A DNA stretch of 64,000 nucleotides from assembly GCF_964355755.1 (NCBI RefSeq), contig NC_092678.1, positions 3,178,422 through 3,242,421 of the forward strand, read 5' to 3'. Numbering within the stretch: the first letter of the stretch is position 1; each line of letters begins with the position of its first letter. Both the position numbers and the translations under genes were made by a program. The notes below the pieces were generated by a model. The model was not told the origin of the DNA and did not search any database. It was given only the letters and a program-made list of their open reading frames with translations. Shown here in pieces: positions 27,801 to 64,000 of the stretch. The stretch is from Antedon mediterranea (lineage: Eukaryota > Animalia > Echinodermata).

Positions 27801-30800
27801 AACGAAAATTGCATTTGAAAACATTTATCGAACGCATCTGGATCAGTTTATTTTTGTACAAATCATAATTGGCCGCTGTCATACATATAACTGTCAGCCA
27901 TAGATAGATTTTGTATCGACAAATGCAAAATATCCCAAAATAAGTTGGACAAGAAATGGTTAAACAGGTGGATACACCTAAGCAACCAGCCTTTCGACAG
28001 AAAACCTACCGGAAATGAAATTCCTTGTAGAAACGCAAATGCATTGTAAATCTATTTATGTTTACTAGATTGAAATCGATAAAGTTTAAAGTATGCTATG
28101 CATGAGCGGACAATGATAGATGTAATTTAAAGATGTCAAAGTTATTTCAGTGAAATGACGGTTTTTGTTGATATCTGGTATCAAGAGATTTCGAGCCAAA
28201 ATGAAAGAAATCGAGAGTTGTATTTAATAATACAGTTTTCCTTGTATGTGCTAATATTAACATAACAGAAGTTAGTCATGCTGTTGTACGCCCAGATTCA
28301 TGTTGACGTTTGACTTTTTATATATATAGGTCAAGTGATATAGAGATTATAATATATAAGTACGAAATTTTACAATTAAAACAAATATCTTTCTAGTGTT
28401 TTTTTATTTAAATTGTAAGTTGAAAATTGTCTTTTGGAATCTTTTCATGCCAATTCATGTTGATGTTTGACTGTTTCTATATATAGGTCAAGTGATAAAA
28501 AGTAGATTATATAATAATATATAAATATGAAATATGACAATATAAAACAATTCTTGCGGTTTTAATACTTTGATTTACATAATTAGTTGAAAACTAATCT
28601 TTTATTTCCCAACCTTTTTTCCACCATCATTAACTTTTCTTCATATTTTTGTTGTGTAGATTATCCTTTTGGTATTCGACTTATTAGTGTTGTAGACAAC
28701 AAAGTACTAGCAACATTTTGCGCATTAAATCATGAAGACTGGTCACGGTTCGTACGTGATCTACAAGAGTATGTTATGGAAATGAACGAAATGGAAGATA
28801 TACGTATTGGAGGTAAGATAGACAATATTTAAATTTATTAAAGGTCTACAAAAAATAAGAAGATATATATTAACTTGTTACCTAATTTCAAGTTGGTATT
28901 TTTGCATTAAAACTTTATTCAGAAGAATTTAATATAACACATACGATCTTTGTTACCCAACAATAATCCGATGCATTCATCATGCTTGTATACTCCATGG
29001 TCTAGGTATCATCTGAATACTGAAACTAGTTTATTCATTAAAATTTGCATGGTATACAAAAGAAAATGAGATCTATCCTGGAGTCATATGAGCATGATAA
29101 TGTGTTTTTGGCATTAAACTTAAAGCACAGGGTAATTCTGCATTAACTTTCACAAGCATGTCAATCTTAAGTATACACTTGGAATACACTCACTTATTAA
29201 TAGGCTTCTAGTCCCAGACAACAAAACGCTGTTGCATCTGAGTCTAGCACCCTTAAATTAATCAATAACATATTTGATAACCATCATCTTTATTTACTAT
29301 TAATCAACAATCACTTTACAATAAATGATGAATAATTAATGTAAATATACTAGGGGATAGATTTGTTTAATATTGCTAGTGAGTGGTTAGCAAATGCTAT
29401 TAGGGTGACCGGTTGAAACCGGTTTACTGTTAGTAGGTTAGAGTACCTCTTTTTTCTCCACCACTTTTTATTGTCCAACTTGAACATACAATCAATCTTG
29501 CAATTCTCCACTTTTGTCAATTTCCAAAGGAAACTATCGGATCTTATCTTCCACAGCAGGGATGCTGTTCTCCCAGCGGATGCTCCTATAAAGTTTCCTC
29601 GGGGAGTAGTGTGAAAAGAATCACTATACAGACATGTTTGGTCTGTTGAGATAGCTAATATTGTTTTCTCGTTATTGGATTAATTGACATTTAAATTACA
29701 AGTCTTGGGAGTATGTCCCTGTGGTTTCAATGTCCTGAATTGTGTATACCTGACAACCTGCCCCCACATCAGTATCTTAATAAACATGTTAAGTATTCAC
29801 TAACATTATGTCACATATGACTAATGCTGCCTTAGTAAATAACATTTGATGTTCACTTCAAGCCCTTTGTGTGTATATAAAAGGCATATTCTGAAATGAT
29901 TGTAAATCAAAATTGAGTGAAAAGCATTGAAATCTATAATTAACATTTTTACAGTAATAGATTTAAATTAAGGTATAAATATAGAAATACAACATTTTGA
30001 AAAGTTTAATTAAATCGATTCTCATCTTTTGGTTCTCCATTCTTTCATTCTCTCTCTCTCTTTCTTTCTTGCGTCACCATTCATCCCACTATAGCTATGT
30101 TACAAAGAGCGTCCATGAAGGTGAGTACAGTACATTGGTATTAAACAGCTCTGATTCTGTAGTGGAACTTCTTATTACTTTTCATTTATTTTTCACTTGT
30201 TTTCATTTTCATTATGGTTTTTGTATATTTCATATTGTCTTTTCTACTATCAGGTGTTGAATCGGGGCTCGATTTAGTAGTAACCTTGCCTGTAAATCTG
30301 TTTTGGCCTACCCAATGTACCTCTGTGCCAAGTGGACCAATTTGACAAACAAAAATGGAAATAACAGAGGGCACTCCTGCATAAGATTAAATCGAGCCCT
30401 GTGTTTAATAGTGCACTTTTTTCTATAAGTAGAGGATGAACTGTAGTATTAAAGCAATGATATTTCAACGGTGTATAGTTAAACTGCACAATAACATCAC
30501 AACGCAAATTCAAACTGGCAGAAAAACGAGAAACTTCAAAATTCAATTTAGATCTTAAGAGTATACACGTTGTATATGTTTACCAATATCATATCAAGAA
30601 GAAGTAAACATTGTTTTGAACTTTTGACTCGCCTATTCACGTCACTACTGACATGGTTTTCTATAAACCAATCATTTCTTATATTTTACTTTCTGTCCAA
30701 TTAAACAAATTGAATGTTTTTTTTCATATTTGCGATGTTGTTGTGTCAAGTATAAATGTTTTTTGAATGATTGTGGTTTTATGTCGTCGTTATATATGGG

Positions 30801-32590
30801 TGTTCTTTGATAAATTTGCATGAAATACAGAGAAGCAAGCATGACACATGTTTCCCGGTAATAATCTTACAGAAAAATCCTTTTTTAATTGAATGGACAT
30901 ACACACTTATTAGAAATACGAACTTTACTTTAAATAGTCTAATTGAATATCCTTAGTAATTAATTCTTTCAAACTGTGAACATAAAATTGTGAGTTTTAC
31001 GTGTGCATGTATTAATGAATGGTGGTGTAAAAACATTTATGTTTATATGTCTTTTTAAATTTTTTTTCTTGTTAATATTTATTGGAAGTAAACATGTTTT
31101 ATACTTTTTTTTTCTTGTTTAAAATTTATTGTTTTGAACAATTTTTGGTGTTAGATGTAAAATTTAGTAAATTCACTTTCTAAAAACTTCACACTCTGTG
31201 GCTGACTAATGTCAAGGTTTTCTAAAACTAGACTACTTTATATTTTTTCTTTAAATTTCTCGAAAATGTATTCAAATTTCAGTTTGTTTGTATATATATG
31301 TACTGTATACAGATCTTATATATTTATGTATACATTTAACTACATGATTTTATGAATATTTGTTTAATATGAATTCTAATCATTGTAATTATGAAATGAA
31401 GGAAACTGAAAAGTTGTGACGTCAAAATAATGTCGCAACTAATAACAGAAAACATGATGATGATAACCTGATCTCAACTCATCTCATTTGAGACAAAACT
31501 TCCACTTAAATAAGATTTCCTGCTGTAATTAGACAACTTGATTTAACGAAGAATGTTTCTTTTTCTATTTTTCTCGTAGCTGAATTGGAAAGACAAAAAT
31601 TAATGCGTAAAGAACAAGGCTGTACTGCAGACTCGGGCCTAGGCCTGGACTCGGAGAGCATAACAAGTAATAATTTAACTGGTAGCATGGACTCATTAGC
31701 GCCTCCTGAAATTTTGAAAAGAACCGCCCTGTCTAATTCCCTAATGAACCTCAAGGAAGCATCAGGTAAATTCAACGAAACGTTTGTTAATTCTCTACCT
31801 TTTGGCTAAGATCATGTGTAGTATCTGTTCTTTTCAGATTAATATCTGAAAAACTGCTCATCGAGTAGCTTCTAATCTAAAAATGATATCAGTAAGGATA
31901 AGCTAATTTGTAAATATTACAAAATCTGATGATTTTTTTATGATAATAAATCTTTTTTTTTTAAATTTTAGAGAAGCAGAACCATCGAGTGAGTGCAAGT
32001 TCTCTGGATGGAACTTTGGTAAGTAATTATTAATGGAAAATTGTTACTATTGGTTCCCCTTTATTGTTGTCCCTTATGGTGTGGTTCCTTGTTAGACAAT
32101 TTTAGATTGGTAGAATTGTTTCACTTCAGAAATTGTTACAGCTACAGAGCTAGGGAGGTGAAAAATGTACTACTACCTAGAGTATAGCCCCATCGACTTG
32201 ATTCTATATCTCCAGATCGACTTTACCTTATATCATGAAAAACTCCCTCTCTCTTATACGTCAGAGTTGGCTTAGTTTATCCTAAGAATCTCAACCTTAC
32301 TATAATTAAAAACAGTTGGCTATGGAACCCATTGAACTCTAATTATCACTTCACAATGCTAATAGAAAGGTTATTTAATTTAGTCATTTGTTACTAATTA
32401 CTCCTGACATCAAATTAATATTTTTAAATTTCTTTTTTTGCAGTCAATGAACCTAACGATTCCATTTACCGGCCCCGTAATTAAACGCAACAAATCAACA
32501 TTATCGGGATGGTTCAGTAAACGCAAGAGTACCCCGCCGCAACTAGAAAGCAGCTCTCATGAGGAAAATCTTTCGCAACTTTCAAAATAA
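21892..32590 (+). CDS. IQSEC1: IQ motif and SEC7 domain-containing Arf-GEF (IQSEC/BRAG/schizo family), common spliced coding exons
   Basis: Exons with GT-AG borders and continuous frame: 21892-22381, 22592-24744, 25061-25222, 26265-26379, 26466-26780, 26891-27010, 27513-27612, 28660-28812, 31580-31765, 31972-32018, 32444-32590 (TAA). Motifs: [23 protein letters not shown] motif [18 protein letters not shown], Sec7 domain ([15 protein letters not shown]...[21 protein letters not shown]...[13 protein letters not shown]), PH domain (PHRRLVC...[14 protein letters not shown]). Likely single invertebrate co-ortholog of IQSEC1/2/3; start lies in upstream exon(s). Confidence 0.93.
22592..24744 (+). 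CDS. IQSEC1: IQSEC large internal exon (IQ motif, long Ser-rich linker, start of Sec7 domain)
   Basis: 716-aa ORF 22598-24748; acceptor ttacag at 22591, donor AA|gtaagg after 24744; IQ motif near start, SPVWKRK and [14 protein letters not shown] at end. Confidence 0.92.
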
Positions 32591-33543
32591 ATTGACAAGT
32601 GGTCGTAACACAATTAGATGTGGTATTGATGGCAAACAAGGCACATCCAGTGTAGCTAATGTAGAAACATCATAAAAATGATCTTGATTTGACCAATCAA
32701 ATGATGGCTTATATCAACATTCGGTGTGGTTTTTATTGGTCTTTCTTAAACAAATAAACCAATCAATCAGTGGTCTAATTTACCTAAATTGAAGTGACCA
32801 ATCAAGGCTTTTCTAAGCGTTTGGTCAAATTTAATTACACCTAAATTATGGCTTTTATAAATGTATGATCTGATATAATTACACCTGTATGTTAAATAAT
32901 CATGTTCTTAATATTGATTGGTTATATTCAAAATCATAGTTATTTTCTGGTTGCGTCAGGGCTGTACAAAGCTGTTTATTATCCGTATGGCTGAGCAACC
33001 TGATTGGCTAAACATTCGTATTGGATGTGCGCTTGGAACCAACAGAGTTGATTGGTTGTTGAAGGATTTTAGAGCCGTTTGAGGCAAAACTGCTGCAATT
33101 GTTTCATTTAAATAATTCCTTAAGTTATGGCAAAGTGCAATTGATTATTTAAAGAGAAAAGTTATGGCACATATTGAATGAAAATTAACCAAAAAAAAAA
33201 GGAAGAAATTAAATATATTATGAATTATTTAAAATTTGAATTGTTCTTGTTATGCTCTAAAGAGAAATTTGGCCTGTCTTATTCATGAGTCGGTTTTGGT
33301 TACGTTTCCAAAATATTCTGACTAACCAATATTTCTACACAAAGGTGTAGGTAACAGATTCTAATTTCTCCATACTACTGTAAATGTAACACAATAGTTA
33401 CAAACCTTTTCCATCTGTATATTCTATCCACCCAAAAAAAAATAAATAGCAATTTTAAATTTATACAACTCTGTTTGAATATTGTTTGACTTAATACCTC
33501 TTACTTTATCATTTATAAATAACAAAATTGTATTGGTAATTAA

Positions 33544-33660
33544 TAGTAAAAACTCTCACCAAATTCTAGACACCCTTAGGTCGGACTAACGATGTCTCGA
33601 AGGGTGAATAGAATTTTTGTTCATTCAGGTTTAGTCGAAATTTCTGTCAGAGTTTCACTG
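33544..33660. mobile_element. Short palindromic Tc1/mariner-like MITE remnant
   Basis: tagtaaaaactctca...caccctt / aagggtg...cagagtttcactg-ta imperfect inverted ends. Confidence 0.4.
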
Positions 33661-36600
33661 TATTGTGTTTTATATATCCTTTAACCATGTATGTATGATT
33701 ATTATGTCATTTCGTTTTGGTTTTAAACCGAAGATGTAAAGTTAATTAAATACCTTGTTTGTTTATAAGTGTGGAACATCCTTACATTTTGGTGTTTGTA
33801 ATATTAATAGTGTCTGCTGTATCAGCCGATAAAACCTGTCAATATTTCTTATAGAAAACTTTTTTATACTATGATATCCTACTGTATATTGTTATCCCCT
33901 AATCCTATTGGGCAACATTTGTATACATCGTCAGGACAACCATGGATATGTCTTCCTATTGGTCGAAATTGAAAACAAGAAGTATGCAAATTTGGTTTTA
34001 TGGAAATTAAAATTATTGATCAACAATATCTATTTCATTTCAATATCTGTTACTATTGTAATTAATGAATCAGATTTATTAAACTATACTGTATATTATT
34101 ATTATTATTTTATTTTAATTTTTTAAATCAAGAATTTTGAAAACACATCTATTCATTATATGCTTAACAGTAACAATAATAATCAAGGAATCCATCCATA
34201 TAATTTAACTACTGTATACCATTAATACTACACTTTCACATCATTCTGTTAACGTTATTGGTAGGGCTAAAAGTGGGCGAGGAGAATAGTAGACCCTTTT
34301 AAGTTTGTGGTAGAGTTTATTTGCAATATTATGTAAGAAAGTGAGTATGATATTATGTATTTAAGGAGAGAAAATTTATTAATAACTCTGTTTACACATA
34401 TTAGTTGATAAAAAGAAATGATACACACATGATTGTTTCTATAAATGGTAATGTCATTTCTATATATGGAGATATTATTTACATATAAGTTAATAATGTT
34501 TTTATATGGTAACGTCATTGCTATTTAAGGTAATATATTGCCATTTATGGTAATATCTTTATAATATGTAGTGTTTGAACAACAACGTCAAGAGTTTAAG
34601 AAGAATTTATGTTATGTTGTAGAAAAGATGTTTGTTATTATAAAAAGAATTATGTGTGTTTAGGGTAACTAATCTTTTTCTACTTTACTGGATCAACAAT
34701 GATTTAGGTAATTAATGTATTGGTGAGAAAAATTGCTTACCCAATGTGAACATAATAAAAATGCTTGCCCAAGATGAATATACATGAAGATTGTTGTGAT
34801 TTGTTTTCTGCACATGTTGTAATTCTGTTTGGTCTTTTGACTGTTCATATTCCCAGGTAGAACAGTATTTATAGCTAGAATTCAACTGGCTATAGTACTG
34901 TATCTTAAACAACCTGGAAAACTTGCACCTCTCCTGAATTCTTTTCATACCATGTTATTTAACGCACTTATTTACAACGTCAACATTTGCAAATTTGTAC
35001 CCTCTTTTAGGATTCTAAATAACTTGCGAAGCAGAAGATATTGCTCTTTAAAAAGACAAACAATCTATTTGAAAATGCGAAGAGTTACTAAATTACAAAG
35101 ATATGAAGTATTACAACAATGAATACACCTACATTATGGTTAACTTTGTCTACCATGAAAACATAAGACAGCAAAACAATAGATGTCTTTGTTTATATGC
35201 AATACTTCCTGTACGTGTTAAACTTACCTGACGTACATAAGCCCTCATCCAGGGTTCTGACGTCATACTGAAATTCTTACGGCCTTGATGATTGTGGATG
35301 GTGGGAGTGGTGGGCAGTGTATATTGTTGTGGTTTTGGACAAAAAAATTGACCAGATATGTAGTACAGTTTTCCAATGTCATAAACCATTTCCTATATAG
35401 ATACATCGCCAAGCTTTTTATATAGTTCTATAGATAATATCAAGGCTGGTATTAATTTTTAATAATTAATTAATATTTATGCAATGCCGAAGAAACCTTT
35501 TCCCAAATTGTTTATTGTTACTTTTTCCACATTTCCTTCATATTTACATAAACCAATTTGTCTCTAAGTCATCTATAATTTCTTCACCATCATTATAAAC
35601 TAGTATTTTATGTTTAGGTAACGATTCTGCTTATTTTGAGAAGTTCTGCATCTTGAAATTGAAATTCTTTTGATAAAAATTCTCTATGATCGAATTATCT
35701 CCTTTTCTCTCTGTACCATAATGAATACTTATTCTTTACTCCATGTCTGTACTAAAGATTTCCTCCTTTTCTATCCCATTATGTATGAGTTTGTGATGTC
35801 ATAGTTGTCCTCTACACAACCCAACTCCTCCATAATAGTAATACCGACTAGGTAATGGTCAGGAAGTTGTACTGTTTAAGTATTCTACTTAACCCAAATG
35901 AGCGTGATCTAAGCTCACTGGAGCCCAAAAGCTATTAATCGCTATAGAGATTCAAACAGCTGCCATTAAACCAGAGATTGACTTAATTATTGATGTTGCC
36001 AGTGTTGCAAAACAGTAGAGTAATTATAGTTATTAACACAAAAAACACCAGAAAAAGACACCATCATTTCACAGTAAATTGTGATACAAAGTAGATAAAA
36101 AACTTTTGTGAGTTCTCACAAAATTTGAATTCAGTATGAGAATTTATGAAAGTAAAATTTGCAAGCTAAACATTGATTAATGATTTTAAGAAAAGTTTTT
36201 TAATTTCAATTTTCCAAAATCTGTTAAGAATCTATGATTCACAAGTTTTTCTAAATTTTATCTTCAACAAACTTGTAATATTTCAAAATTCATTAACTTG
36301 TTACAGTATATTACTAGTCCGTAACAATAGGATTGTTTTCTTCCCACGAGGGCAGCATTTACTAACTAGCTGAGTGCAATATGCCGACATCATCCATCAT
36401 TTTAATTGTCTTTCAAATATTCTTCAAAAGTGATTTATAATATCATTTCCAGATTTTTCACAAATTCATTTTCAATTAAATAGAAAATTAAATTATTATG
36501 GCACATAAACTATCCGTACAATGGAAAGGAAAGACCTAATTATTGGAGCACATGTGACACATTTGGGTGTTTAAAAATCTGACGTAAATGCGTATCGAAG

Positions 36601-36744
36601 ATTCGTCTTTTAATAAGAAAAATATTTTTAACATATTGGATGCTTCCAGCAGTTAATTGTGAACTTTGTGATTGGTCTACTTAGACCAAGACCCCGAACA
36701 GCATGATTTTGACTAAAAGCAGATTTCAAGAGTTGAGTTGTTTA

Positions 36745-36859
36745 ATAGTAGCGTCTTAAACTATCAAACTATGTGATGTGCCCATATATGGACATGATGA
36801 GGTCATATAACTACCATATTTGGGCACATAGCACTATTTTGATAGTGTAGACAGAGCGT
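36745..36859 (+). mobile_element. Harbinger-like MITE copy
   Basis: ctatcaaactatgtgatgtgcccatatatggacatgatga...taccatatttgggcaca...gatagtgtagacagagc. Confidence 0.75.
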
Positions 36860-37170
36860 TATTTGAATTATTATGGGATTGTTTTTACATCAAAATTAAG
36901 GAAAAAATAAAATAAATAAATAAATAAATTTGTTCAGACAACTATTACTATTCAAAATTTATTAGTACAGTATTTCCAACAAATTATACAGTATTTACAA
37001 TTGAGAGAAGCATTAAATATAAAAATTACTAATAATTATATACAGGAAAAACTATCAATAACAATGGTATTGCAATACTATAAGGTAGACAAACTTAAAA
37101 TGTACAAAACTAGACTTCAGCTTTGATGTTAATTTTGTTTATTAATCCTCTGTTGTTTTTCCAAATCCCT

Positions 37171-63835
<26,665 letters not shown>

Positions 63836-64000
63836 GTAAGTTACATTAACCTGCCATATTTTTATTTATTATTAACCAATTGAGAGCTTTTGATTTGCAT
63901 TGACCTATGACCTAGAAACTAGCTATCATTTCACGATTGATTGTGGTTTGCTTTCTCCCTCTATTCCTGGATGAATCCCAAGTCCAGGTTAAAACACAGT

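Noticed and set aside
27742-28250. Possible Kolobok-like element starting ttaaagg
   Set aside because: No matching right terminus or TSD found by eye.

Overview
AT-rich, intron-rich eukaryotic (invertebrate animal, plausibly deuterostome/echinoderm-like; taxon not provable here) genomic DNA containing three spliced protein-coding genes that I reconstructed exon by exon from GT-AG boundaries and reading frame: an IQSEC/BRAG-family Arf-GEF (+, common exons 21892-32590, with several candidate alternative first exons in 1-21 kb), CCDC77 (-, 40873-37171) and, head-to-head with it, a KDM5/JARID1 H3K4 demethylase (+, from 41568, running off the window end). Introns carry many transposon remnants: a 5.8-kb hAT element with perfect 15-bp TIRs and an atypical 6-bp TSD that contains a Rex1-like LINE fragment and a 40-bp minisatellite grown out of its own zinc-finger coding sequence; an Academ-like element nested in a Harbinger-like MITE; SINEs; an L2 3' end; a minimal Penelope-type hammerhead ribozyme motif; and 18-bp and 76-bp minisatellites. 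I found no CRISPR array or prokaryotic system and cannot support a wholly new biological system; the best leads are the battery of phase-2 alternative IQSEC first exons, the hammerhead motif, the nested transposon with 6-bp TSD, and the conserved IQSEC-CCDC77-KDM5 microsynteny. Family assignments come from recalled motifs, not database searches.
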